This document shows, in pieces, positions 44,656-59,700 of a stretch of 64,000 nt of DNA. Origin of the DNA: the human T2T-CHM13v2.0 reference genome, Homo sapiens. Numbering within the stretch: position 1 is the stretch's first letter; every line of letters begins with the position of its first letter. The translations under genes and the position numbers were made by a program. The stretch is taken from the NCBI RefSeq assembly GCF_009914755.1, contig NC_060940.1. One strand, written 5' to 3'. The notes below the pieces were generated by a model. It did no database searches and was not told where the DNA came from. It saw only the letters and a program-made list of their open reading frames with translations.

Positions 44656-47600
44656 TCCATGATTATTCCATTGGAATCCATTCGGCGATGATTCCATATG
44701 AGTCAATTCAATGATGATTCCATATGGGTCCGTTCGATGATAATTCCACTTGATTTCATTCGATGCTTCTATTCTATTCCAGTCGATGATGATTCCGTTG
44801 GAGTCCATACGATGATTCCATTTGATTTCATTTGATGATGATTCCATTCGATGATGATTACATTGGATTCCATTCTATGATTCCATTCAATTCCATTCGT
44901 TGATGATTCGATTCCATTCAATGATGATTCCTTTTGAGTTCATTCGATGATTCTATTCGATTCCGTTCGATGGTGATTCAATTCTATTATATTGGATGAT
45001 TCCACTCGATTCCATTTGATGATTATTCCATTGGAGTCCACTTAGTGAATCCTTTAGATTCTACTCGACGATGATTCCATTCGAGTCCATTCGATGATAC
45101 CATTCAATTCCATTCGTTGATGCTTCCATTCAAGTGCATTCGATGATATCATTCGATTCCATTTGATGATAATTCCATTTGATTCCATGCGATGATTCTA
45201 TTCGATTCCATTCAATGATAATTCCATTCAATTCAGTGATTCCTCTGGACTCCATTTGATGATGATTCCATTCAATGATTCCATTCGATTCTATTCGAAA
45301 ATGATTCCATTTGAATCCATTTGATGATGATTCCATTAGATTCCATTTGATGATTCCATTCGATTCCATTCGACGATGATTCCATTCGATTCCGTTTGAT
45401 GATTCCATTCTATTCTATTCGATGATGATTCCATTCGATTCCATTCGATGATGATTGGATTCGATTCCATTTGATGATTTCATTTGATTCCATTCGTTAA
45501 TGATTTCGATCAATTCCATTCGATGATTCCATTCGATTCCATTCGATAATGATTACATCCGAGTCCATTCGATGATTCCCTTTGAGCCTGTTCGATAATT
45601 CCATTTGAGTCCAACCAATGATTCCATTCATTTCCATTCAATGATTCCATTCGAGTCCATTTGATCATTCCGGTAGGGTCCATTCGATGTTGATTCCATT
45701 GGAGTGCATTCGATGATTCCATTCGAGTCCATTTTAGGATTTGATTCGAGTCCTTTCGATGATTCCATTCGATTCCACTCGATGATGATTTCATTCGAGT
45801 CCATTCGACACTTCCAATCGATTCCATTTGATGATTCCATTCGAGTCCAATTGATGATTCCATTCAATTCCATTCGATGATGATTCCGTACGATTCCATT
45901 CTGTGATGATTCCATGTGATTGCATTCAATGATGATTCCTTTCGATTGCATTCGATTATGATTCATTTCGTGTTCATTCTATGGTTCCACAGGTTTCCAT
46001 TCGTGTCCATTCCATTATTCCATTCTATTCCATTTGATGATGATTCCATTCGATTCCATTCATTGGTGATTCCACTCAATTCCATTCAATGATTCCATTC
46101 CATTTCTTTCAACAATGATTCCATTACTTTCTAATCGATGATCCACTTGATTCCATTTGACGACGATTCCATTCTTGTCCATTCGATGATTCCATTTGAT
46201 TCCATATGATGATGATTCCATTCGATTCCATACCATGATGATTCCATTCGAGTCCATTCAATGGTGATTCCATTCAATTCCATTCGATGATTCCTTTCGA
46301 TTCCGTTCGATGATGATGGCATTCGATTCCTTTCAATCATTCCCTTTGATTCCATTCCAAGGTGATTTCATTCAAGTCCATTCGATAATTGCATTCGATT
46401 CCATTCTATGATGATTCCATTCGAGTCCATTTGATGATTCCATTCAATTCAAGTCAATGATGATTCCATTCGATTCCATTCGATGATTCCATTGGATTCC
46501 ATTCGATGATGATTCCATTCAAATCCATTCGATAATTCAATTCAAGTCCATTCGATGATGATTCCAATCGAATCCATTCAAAGATTCCATTCAGTTCCAT
46601 TCGATGATTCCCTTAGATTCCATTCGATGATTCCACTTGATTGCATTTACGATGATTCCATTCGATTCCATGTGATGATTCCATTCAATTCTATTCAATG
46701 ATGTCTCCATTTGATTCCATTCGACCATGATTGCCTTTGATTCCATTCAATGATTCCATTCGGTTCCGTTTGATGATGATTCCGTTCGATTCCATTTGAT
46801 GATTCCATTTGATTCCATTGGATGAGTCCATTCGATTACATTCGATGATTATTCCATTCGAGTGCATTAGATGATTCCATTCGAGTCCATTCGATGATTC
46901 CATTCGATTCCATTCGATGTTGATTCTGTTCAAATCCATTCGATGATTCCACTCGATTCCATTCGTTGACTCCATTTGATCCCATTCGATGATTTCCTTT
47001 GATTCCCTTTGATGATCATTCCATTTGATTCAATTCGGTGATTTCATTTGATTCCATTCAGTGATGTTTCCATTCGACTCCATTCGATGATGATTCCATT
47101 CGACTCCATTCGATTATGATTTCATTCAATTCCATTCGATAATGATTCCCTTCGAGTCCATTCGATGATTCCATTCGATTCCATTCAACAATGATTTGAT
47201 TCGTGTCCATTCGATGATTCCATTTGATTCCACATGATGATGATTCCATTCGAGTCCATTTGATGATTCCATTCAATTCCATACTCCGATGATTTCTTTT
47301 GAGCCCACTCAATGCTTCCACTCGATTCCATATGATGATGACTCCATTCGATGAAATTCGATGATGATTCCATTCGCTTGCTTTCGATGATGATTCCACT
47401 TGAGTCCGTTAGAAGATTCTATTCAATTACATTCCATGACGATTCCGTTCGAGTCCATTTGATGATTCCATTAGACTCCATTCGACGATGATTCCATTCG
47501 ATGTTATTCGATGATTCCATTCGATCTCATTCGATGATGATTCCATTCAACTCCATTCGATGTTTCCATTCGAGTTCATTCTATTATTCCATTAGATTCC

Positions 47601-50600
47601 ATTCGATGATGATTCCATTCGATTCCATTTGATGATTGCATTCTATTTCATTTGATGATGATTCCATTCGAGTCCACTCGATGATTCCATTCGAGTCCAT
47701 TTAATGAATCCATTGGTTTCAATTCTATGATGATTACATTGGATTCCATTCGTTGATGATTTCATTCGGTTCCATTCAAGGATGATTCCATTCAATTCCT
47801 TTCAATGTTTCCATTCAATTCCATACGATGATGATTCCATTTGATTTGATTCGACAGTGAGCCATTCGATTCAATTCCATGATGATTCTATTTGATTCAA
47901 TTGGTTGACATTTCCATTCGATTCCATTCGATGATGATTCCCTTTGATTCCGTTCAAAGATGATTCCATTCTAGCCCATTCAATCATTCCATTCGATTCT
48001 ATTCAATGATGATTCCATTCATGTCGATTTGGTGATTCCATTTGACTTCATTTGATGATGATTCCTTTCAAGTTCATTAGATGATTCCATTCGATTCCAT
48101 TTGATGATGATCCCATTCGAGTCCATTCAGTGATTCCATTCGTTTCCATTCCATGATGATTCCATTCCTTTCCATTCAATGATTCCATTCGATTCCGTTT
48201 GATGATGATTTCATTCGAGTCCATTTGATGATTCCATTTGATTCCATTCGATGATGATTCCATTCGAGTCCATTCGATGATTCTATTCGAATCCATTTGA
48301 TGATTTCTTTTGATTATATTTGGTGATGATTCCATTGGAGTCCATTCAATGATTCCATTCGATTCCAATCGATGATGATTCCATTAGAGTCCATTTAATG
48401 ATTCCATTTGATTCCAGTCTCTGATGATTACATTCGAGTCCATACGATGATTCCACTCAATTCCATATGATGATGATTCCATTTGATTCCATTCGGTGAT
48501 TCCATTCTATTCTATTCAATGGTGATTCCATTCGAGTACATTAGATGATTCCATTCGATTCCATTCAATGATGATTCTATTTGTGTCCCTTAGATGATTC
48601 CACATGATTCCATTACATGATGATACTATTTGAGCCCATCCAATGATTCCCTTCGATTCCATTCGATGAGGATTCCATTCGATTCAGTTCATTGGTGATT
48701 CTATTCAATTCAATTCTTTGATTCCATTCCATTCCATTCGACAATGATTCCATTCGATTTCTTTCGATGATTCCACTCGATTCCACTTGACATTGATTCC
48801 CTTCGATTCCATTCAATGATTCCATTTGATTCCAGTGGATGATGATTGCCATCGATTCCATTCGATCACTCCATTCTATTCCATTTGATGATGATTACAT
48901 TCGATTCCATTTGACGATTCCATCTGATTCTATTCGAGGATTCCATTTGATTCCATTCGATGATGATTCCATTCGAGTCCATTCGATGATTTCATTCGAG
49001 TACATCCAATGATTCCATTCGAGTCCATTAGATGATTCCATTTGATTCCATTTGAAAATGATTCTACTAGAGTCCATTCAATGACTCCATTCGAGTCCAT
49101 TCAACAATTCCATTCGACTCCATTCGATGATTCCATTCGATTCCATTTGATGGTTCCATTCGATTCCATTTAATCATTACAGTCGAGTCCATTTGGTGAT
49201 TCCACTGGATTTCTTTTGATAATGATACCATTCAATTACATTTGATGATGATCCCATTCAATTTCATTTGATGATGATTCCATTAGAGTCCATTCGATGA
49301 TTTCATTCGAGTCCCTTCATTGATTCCATCCGATTTCATTGGATGATGACTCCATTCGAGTCCATTCGATGATTCCACTCGATTCCATTAGATGACTCCA
49401 TTGGAGTCCATTTGATTGTTCCATTCGATTCCATTCGATTCCTTTCGAAGATTATTCCATTTGAGTCCATTCGATGATGATTCCATTCCATTCCATTCGA
49501 TGATTCCGTTTGATTCCATTCGATGATTCCCTTCGATTCCTTTCTTTGATGATTCCATTCCATTCCATTCAATGATTCCATTCGAATCTATTCCATGATG
49601 ATTCCTTTCGATTCCATTCGCTGATGTTTCCGTTCAATTCCATTCGATGATGATTCCATTCGATTCCATTCATTGAGGATTCCATTTGATTCCATTCAAT
49701 GATGATTCCATTCTATTCCATTCAATGATTGCATTCAATTCCATTCAATGATTATCCCCTTAGAGTAAACTCAACGATTCCATTCAATACCATTCGATGA
49801 TGATTCCTTTTGAGTCCATTCAATGATTTCATTCAAGTCCATTTGATGATTCCTTTCAATTCCATTCTATGATGATTCCATTCGAGTCCATTCGATGATT
49901 CCATTCGATTGCATTCGATGATTCCATTATATTCCATTCAACGGTGATTCCATTCGAGTCCATTCCATGATTCCATTAGAGTACATTTAATGATTGCTTT
50001 GTTTTCAATTCGAAGATGATTACATTGGATTCCATTCTATGATACCATTCGATTCCATTCAATGATGATTCCACTCAAATCCATTGGATGATTCCATTCG
50101 TGTCCATTCGGTGATTTCATTAGATTCCATTCGAGGATGATTCCATTCGATTCCATTCGATGATTCCATTCAATTCCATTCGATGATGATTCCATTCCAG
50201 TCCATATGATCATTCCATTTGATTTCATTCGATGATGATTCCATTCGATTCCTTTCGACGATTCCATTCTATTCCATTCGATGATGATTCCATTCGAGTC
50301 CATTCGATGATTCCATTCGAGTCCATTTAATGATTCCATTGGGTTCAATTCAATGATGATTACATTGGATTCCATTCTCTGATTCCATTCAATTCCGTTC
50401 AATGACAATTTGATTCCATTCGATGATGATTCCATTTGAGTTCATTCGATGATTCTATTCGATTCTCTTCGATGGTGATTCAATTCTATTATATTGGATG
50501 ATTCCATTCGATTCCATTTGATGTTGATTCAATTCGATTCTATTCGATGATGATTCCATTGGATTTCACTTGATGATTCTATTCGATTCCATTCAATGAT

Positions 50601-50767
50601 GATTCACTTCTCGTCCATTGGATGATTCCATTTCATTCCATTCGATGATGATTCCATTCGATTCCATTCGATGATTCCATTTGATTCCATGCGACGGTGA
50701 GCAATTCGATTCAATTCCATGATGATTCTATTTGATTCAATTAGATGATGTTTCCATTCGAATCCAT
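44656..50767 (+). repeat. Full-length unit 9 (6112 bp)
   Basis: Marker spacing 45130 to 51242 = 6112; all unit segments present in order. Confidence 0.93.
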
Positions 50768-53700
50768 TCCATGATTATTCCATTGGAATCCATTCGGCGA
50801 TGATTCCATATGAGTCAATTCAATGATGATTCCATATGGGTCCGTTCGATGATAATTCCATTTGATTTCATTCGATGCTTCTATTCTATTCCAGTCGATG
50901 ATGATTCCGTTGGAGTCCATACGATGATTCCATTTGATTTCATTTGATGATGATTCCATTCGATGATGATTACATTGGATTCCATTCTATGATTCCATTC
51001 AATTCCATTCGTTGATGATTCGATTCCATTCAATGATGATTCCATTTGAGTTCATTCGATGATTCTACTCGATTCCGTTCGATGGTGATTCAATTCTATT
51101 ATATTGGATGATTCCACTCGATTCCATTTGATGATTATTGCATTGGAGTCCATTTAGTGAATCCTTTAGATTCTATTCGACGATGATTCCATTCGAGTCC
51201 ATTCGATGATACCATTCAATTCCATTCGTTGATGCTTCCATTCAAGTGCATTCGATGATATCATTCGATTCCATTTGATGATAATTCCATTTGATTCCAT
51301 GCGATGATTCTATTCGATTCCATTCAATGATAATTCCATTCAATTCAGTGATTCCTCTGGACTCCATTTGATGATGATTCCATTCAATGATTCCATTCGA
51401 TTCTATTCGAAAATGATTCCATTTGAATCCATTTGATGATGATTCCATTAGATTCCATTTGATGATTCCATTCGATTCCATTCGACGATGATTCCATTCG
51501 ATTCCGTTTGATGATTCCATTCTATTCTATTCGATGATGATTCCATTCGATTCCATTCGATGATGATTGGATTCGATTCCATTTGATGATTTCATTTGAT
51601 TCCATTCGTTAATGATTTCGATCAATTCCATTCGATGATTCCATTCGATAATGATTACATCCGAGTCCATTCGATGATTCCCTTTGAGCCTGTTCGATAA
51701 TTCCATTTGAGTCCAACCAATGATTCCATTCATTTCCATTCAATGATTCCATTCGAGTCCATTTGATCATTCCGGTAGGGTCCATTCGATGTTGATTCCA
51801 TTGGAGTGCATTCGATGATTCCATTCGAGTCCATTTTAGGATTTGATTCGAGTCCTTTCGATGATTCCATTCGATTCCACTCGATGATGATTTCATTCGA
51901 GTCCATTCGACACTTCCAATCGATTCCATTTGATGATTCCATTCGAGTCCAATTGATGATTCCATTCAATTCCATTCGATGATGATTCCGTACGATTCCA
52001 TTCTGTGATGATTCCATGTGATTGCATTCAATGATGATTCCTTTCGATTGCATTCGATTATGATTCATTTCGTGTTCATTCTATGGTTCCACAGGTTTCC
52101 ATTCGTGTCCATTCCATTATTCCATTCTATTCCATTTGATGATGATTCCATTCGATTCCATTCATTGGTGATTCCACTCAATTCCATTCAATGATTCCAT
52201 TCCATTTCTTTCAACAATGATTCCATTAGTTTCTAATCGATGATCCACTTGATTCCATTTGACGACGATTCCATTCTTGTCCATTTGATGATTCCATTTG
52301 ATTCCATATGATGATGATTCCATTCGATTCCATACCATGATGATTCCATTCGAGTCCATTCAATGGTGATTCCATTCAATTCCATTCGATGATTCCTTTC
52401 GATTCCATTCAATGATGATGGCATTCGATTCCTTTTAATCATTCCCTTTGATTCCATTCAAAGGTGATTTCATTCAAGTCCATTCGATAATTGCATTCGA
52501 TTCCATTCTATGATGATTCCATTCGAGTCCATTTGATGATTCCATTCAATTCAAGTCAATGATGATTCCATTCAATTCCATTCGATGATTCCATTGGATT
52601 CCATTCGATGATGATTCCATTCAAATCCATTCGATAATTCAATTCAAGTCCATTCGATGATGATTCCAATCGAATCCATTCAAAGATTCCATTCTGTTCC
52701 ATTCGATGATTCCCTTAGATTCCATTCGATGATTCCACTTGATTGCATTTACGATGATTCCATTCGATTCCATGTGATGATTCCATTCAATTCTATTCAA
52801 TGATGTCTCCATTTGATTCCATTCGACCATGATTGCCTTTGATTCCATTCAATGATTCCATTCGGTTCCGTTTGATGATGATTCCGTTCGATTCCATTTG
52901 ATGATTCCATTTGATTCCATTGGATGAGTCCATTCGATTACATTCGATGATTATTCCATTCGAGTGCATTAGATGATTCCATTCGAGTCCATTCGATGAT
53001 TCCATTCGATTCCATTCGATGTTGATTCTGTTCAAATCCATTCGATGATTCCACTCGATTCCATTCGTTGACTCCATTTGATCCCATTCGATGATTTCCT
53101 TTGATTCCCTTTGATGATCATTCCATTTGATTCAATTCGGTGATTTCATTTGATTCCATTCAGTGATGTTTCCATTCGACTCCATTCGATGATGATTCCA
53201 TTCGACTCCATTCGATTATGATTTCATTCAATTCCATTCGATAATGATTCCCTTCGAGTCCATTCGGTGATTCCATTCGATTCCATTCAACTATGATTTG
53301 ATTCGTGTCCATTCGATGATTCCATTTGATTCCACTTGATGATGATTCCATTCGAGTCCATTTGATGATTCCATTCAATTCCATACTCCGATGATTTCTT
53401 TTGAGCCCACTCAATGCTTCCACTCGATTCCATATGATGATGACTCCATTCGATGAAATTCGATGATGATTCCATTCGCTTGCTTTCGATGATGATTCCA
53501 CTTGAGTCCGTTAGAAGATTCTATTCAATTACATTCCATGACGATTCCGTTCGAGTCCATTTGATGATTCCATTAGACTCCATTCGACGATGATTCCATT
53601 CGATGTTATTCGATGATTCCATTCGATCTCATTCGATGATGATTCCATTCAACTCCATTCGATGTTTCCATTCGAGTTCATTCTATTATTCCATTAGATT

Positions 53701-56700
53701 CCATTCGATGATGATTCCATTCGATTCCATTTGATGATTGCATTCTATTTCATTTGATGATGATTCCATTCGAGTCCACTCGATGATTCCATTCGAGTCC
53801 ATTTAATGAATCCATTGGTTTCAATTCTATGATGATTACATTGGATTCCATTCGTTGATGATTTCATTCGGTTCCATTCAATGATGATTCCATTCAATTC
53901 CTTTCAATGTTTCCATTCAATTCCATACGATGATGATTCCATTTGATTTGATTCGACAGTGAGCCATTCGATTCAATTCCATGATGATTCTATTTGATTC
54001 AATTGGTTGACATTTCCATTCGATTCCATTCGATGATGATTCCCTTTGATTCCGTTCAAAGATGATTCCATTCTAGCCCATTCAATCATTCCATTCGATT
54101 CTATTCAATGATGATTCCATTCATGTCGATTTGGTGATTCCATTTGACTTCATTTGATGATGATTCCTTTCAAGTTCATTAGATGATTCCATTCGATTCC
54201 ATTTGATGATGATCCCATTCGAGTCCATTCAGTGATTCCATTCGTTTCCATTCCATGATGATTCCATTCCTTTCCATTCAATGATTCCATTCGATTCCGT
54301 TTGATGATGATTTCATTCGAGTCCATTTGATGATTCCATTTGATTCCATTCGATGATGATTCCATTCGAGTCCATTCGATGATTCTATTCGAATCCATTT
54401 GATGATTTCTTTTGATTATATTTGGTGATGATTCCATTGGAGTCCATTCAATGATTCCATTCTATTCCAATCGATGATGATTCCATTAGAGTCCATTTAA
54501 TGATTCCATTTGATTCCAGTCTCTGATGATTACATTCGAGTCCATACGATGATTCCACTCAATTCCATATGATGATGATTCCATTTGATTCCATTCGGTG
54601 ATTCCATTCTATTCTATTCAATGGTGATTCCATTCGAGTACATTAGATGATTCCATTCGATTCCATTCAATGATGATTCTATTTGTGTCCCTTAGATGAT
54701 TCCACATGATTCCATTACATGATGATACTATTTGAGCCCATCCAATGATTCCCTTCGATTCCATTCGATGAGGATTCCATTCGATTCAATTCATTGGTGA
54801 TTCTATTCAATTCAATTCTTTGATTCCATTCCATTCCATTCGACAATGATTCCATTCGATTTCTTTCGATGATTCCACTCGATTCCACTTGACATTGATT
54901 CCATTCGATTCCATTCAATGATTCCATTTGATTCCAGTGGATGATGATTGCCATCGATTCCATTCGATCACTCCATTCTATTCCATTTGATGATGATTAC
55001 ATTCGATTCCATTTGATGATTCCATCTGATTCTATTCGAGGATTCCATTTGATTCCATTCGATGATGATTCCATTCGAGTCCATTCGATGATTTCATTCG
55101 AGTACATCCAATGATTCCATTCGAGTCCATTAGATGATTCCATTTGATTCCATTTGAAAATGATTCTACTAGAGTCCATTCAATGACTCCATTCGAGTCC
55201 ATTCAACAATTCCATTCGACTCCATTCGATGATTCCATTCGATTCCATTTGATGGTTCCATTCGAGTCCATTTAATCATTACAGTCGAGTCCATTTGTTG
55301 ATTCCACTGGATTTCTTTTGATAATGATACCATTCAATTACATTTGATGATGATCCCATTCAATTTCATTTGATGATGATTCCATTAGAGTCCATTCGAT
55401 GATTTCATTCGAGTCCCTTCATTGATTCCATCCGATTTCATTGGATGATGACTCCATTCGAGTCCATTCGATGATTCCACTCGATTCCATTAGATGACTC
55501 CATTGGAGTCCATTTGATTGTTCCATTCGATTCCATTCGATTCCTTTCGAAGATTATTCCATTTGAGTCCATTCGATGATGATTCCATTCCATTCCATTC
55601 GATGATTCCGTTTGATTCCATTCGATGATTCCCTTCGATTCCTTTCTTTGATGATTCCATTCCATTCCATTCAATGATTCCATTCGAATCTATTCCATGA
55701 TGATTCCTTTCGATTCCATTCGCTGATGTTTCCTTTCAATTCCATTCGATGATGATTCCATTCGATTCCATTCATTGAGGATTCCATTTGATTCCATTCA
55801 ATGATGATTCCATTCTATTCCATTCAATGATTGCATTCAATTCCATTCAATGATTATCCCATTAGAGTAAACTCAACGATTCCATTCAATACCATTCAAT
55901 GATGATTCCTTTTGAGTCCATTCAATGATTTCATTCAAGTCCATTTGATGATTCCTTTCAATTCCATTCTATGATGATTCCATTCGAGTCCATTCGATGA
56001 TTCCATTAGAGTACATTTAATGATTGCTTTGTTTTCAATTCGAAGATGATTGCATTGGATTCCATTCTATGATACCATTCGATTCCATTCAATGATGATT
56101 CCACTCAAATCCATTGGATGATTCCATTCGTGTCCATTCGGTGATTTCATTAGATTCCATTCGAGGATGATTCCATTCGATTCCATTCGATGATTCCATT
56201 CAATTCCATTCGATGATGATTCCATTCCAGTCCATATGATCATTCCATTTGATTTCATTCGATGATGATTCCATTCGATTCCTTTCGACGATTCCATTCT
56301 ATTCCATTCGATGATGATTCCATTCGAGTCCATTCGATGATTCCATTCGAGTCCATTTAATGATTCCATTGGGTTCAATTCAATGATGATTACATTGGAT
56401 TCCATTCTCTGATTCCATTCAATTCCGTTCAATGACAATTTGATTCCATTCGATGATGATTCCATTTGAGTTCATTCGATGATTCTATTCGATTCTCTTC
56501 GATGGTGATTCAATTCTATTATATTGGATGATTCCATTCGATTCCATTTGATGTTGATTCAATTCGATTCTATTCGATGATGATTCCATTGGATTTCACT
56601 TGATGATTCTATTCGATTCCATTCAATGATGATTCACTTCTCGTCCATTGGATGATTCCATTTCATTCCATTCGATGATGATTCCATTCGATTCCATTCG

Positions 56701-56797
56701 ATGATTCCATTTGATTCCATGCGACGGTGAGCAATTCGATTCAATTCCATGATGATTCTATTTGATTCAATTAGATGATGTTTCCATTCGAATCCAT
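50768..56797 (+). repeat. Unit 10 (6030 bp variant)
   Basis: 6112 -10 (~51640) -72 (~55990) = 6030; ORF spacing 55438 to 56067 is 629 versus 701 in unit 9. Confidence 0.93.
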
Positions 56798-59700
56798 TCC
56801 ATGATTATTCCATTGGAATCCATTCGGCGATGATTCCATATGAGTCAATTCAATGATGATTCCATATGGGTCCGTTCGATGATAATTCCATTTGATTTCA
56901 TTCGATGCTTCTATTCTATTCCAGTCGATGATGATTCCGTTGGAGTCCATACGATGATTCCATTTGATTTCATTTGATGATGATTCCATTCGATGATGAT
57001 TACATTGGATTCCATTCTATGATTCCATTCAATTCCATTCGTTGATGATTCGATTCCATTCAATGATGATTCCATTTGAGTTCATTCGATGATTCTACTC
57101 GATTCCGTTCGATGGTGATTCAATTCTATTATATTGGATGATTCCACTCGATTCCATTTGATGATTATTGCATTGGAGTCCATTTAGTGAATCCTTTAGA
57201 TTCTATTCGACGATGATTCCATTCGAGTCCATTCGATGATACCATTCAATTCCATTCGTTGATGCTTCCATTCAAGTGCATTCGATGATATCATTCGATT
57301 CCATTTGATGATAATTCCATTTGATTCCATGCGATGATTCTATTCGATTCCATTCAATGATAATTCCATTCAATTCAGTGATTCCTCTGGACTCCATTTG
57401 ATGATGATTCCATTCAATGATTCCATTCGATTCTATTCGAAAATGATTCCATTTGAATCCATTTGATGATGATTCCATTAGATTCCATTTGATGATTCCA
57501 TTCGATTCCATTCGACGATGATTCCATTCGATTCCGTTTGATGATTCCATTCTATTCTATTCGATGATGATTCCATTCGATTCCATTCGATGATGATTGG
57601 ATTCGATTCCATTTGATGATTTCATTTGATTCCATTCGTTAATGATTTCGATCAATTCCATTCGATGATTCCATTCGATAATGATTACATCCGAGTCCAT
57701 TCGATGATTCCCTTTGAGCCTGTTCGATAATTCCATTTGAGTCCAACCAATGATTCCATTCATTTCCATTCAATGATTCCATTCGAGTCCATTTGATCAT
57801 TCCGGTAGGGTCCATTCGATGTTGATTCCATTGGAGTGCATTCGATGATTCCATTCGAGTCCATTTTAGGATTTGATTCGAGTCCTTTCGATGATTCCAT
57901 TCGATTCCACTCGATGATGATTTCATTCGAGTCCATTCGACACTTCCAATCGATTCCATTTGATGATTCCATTCGAGTCCAATTGATGATTCCATTCAAT
58001 TCCATTCGATGATGATTCCGTACGATTCCATTCTGTGATGATTCCATGTGATTGCATTCAATGATGATTCCTTTCGATTGCATTCGATTATGATTCATTT
58101 CGTGTTCATTCTATGGTTCCACAGGTTTCCATTCGTGTCCATTCCATTATTCCATTCTATTCCATTTGATGATGATTCCATTCGATTCCATTCATTGGTG
58201 ATTCCACTCAATTCCATTCAATGATTCCATTCCATTTCTTTCAACAATGATTCCATTAGTTTCTAATCGATGATCCACTTGATTCCATTTGACGACGATT
58301 CCATTCTTGTCCATTTGATGATTCCATTTGATTCCATATGATGATGATTCCATTCGATTCCATACCATGATGATTCCATTCGAGTCCATTCAATGGTGAT
58401 TCCATTCAATTCCATTCGATGATTCCTTTCGATTCCATTCAATGATGATGGCATTCGATTCCTTTTAATCATTCCCTTTGATTCCATTCAAAGGTGATTT
58501 CATTCAAGTCCATTCGATAATTGCATTCGATTCCATTCTATGATGATTCCATTCGAGTCCATTTGATGATTCCATTCAATTCAAGTCAATGATGATTCCA
58601 TTCAATTCCATTCGATGATTCCATTGGATTCCATTCGATGATGATTCCATTCAAATCCATTCGATAATTCAATTCAAGTCCATTCGATGATGATTCCAAT
58701 CGAATCCATTCAAAGATTCCATTCTGTTCCATTCGATGATTCCCTTAGATTCCATTCGATGATTCCACTTGATTGCATTTACGATGATTCCATTCGATTC
58801 CATGTGATGATTCCATTCAATTCTATTCAATGATGTCTCCATTTGATTCCATTCGACCATGATTGCCTTTGATTCCATTCAATGATTCCATTCGGTTCCG
58901 TTTGATGATGATTCCGTTCGATTCCATTTGATGATTCCATTTGATTCCATTGGATGAGTCCATTCGATTACATTCGATGATTATTCCATTCGAGTGCATT
59001 AGATGATTCCATTCGAGTCCATTCGATGATTCCATTCGATTCCATTCGATGTTGATTCTGTTCAAATCCATTCGATGATTCCACTCGATTCCATTCGTTG
59101 ACTCCATTTGATCCCATTCGATGATTTCCTTTGATTCCCTTTGATGATCATTCCATTTGATTCAATTCGGTGATTTCATTTGATTCCATTCAGTGATGTT
59201 TCCATTCGACTCCATTCGATGATGATTCCATTCGACTCCATTCGATTATGATTTCATTCAATTCCATTCGATAATGATTCCCTTCGAGTCCATTCGGTGA
59301 TTCCATTCGATTCCATTCAACTATGATTTGATTCGTGTCCATTCGATGATTCCATTTGATTCCACTTGATGATGATTCCATTCGAGTCCATTTGATGATT
59401 CCATTCAATTCCATACTCCGATGATTTCTTTTGAGCCCACTCAATGCTTCCACTCGATTCCATATGATGATGACTCCATTCGATGAAATTCGATGATGAT
59501 TCCATTCGCTTGCTTTCGATGATGATTCCACTTGAGTCCGTTAGAAGATTCTATTCAATTACATTCCATGACGATTCCGTTCGAGTCCATTTGATGATTC
59601 CATTAGACTCCATTCGACGATGATTCCATTCGATGTTATTCGATGATTCCATTCGATCTCATTCGATGATGATTCCATTCAACTCCATTCGATGTTTCCA

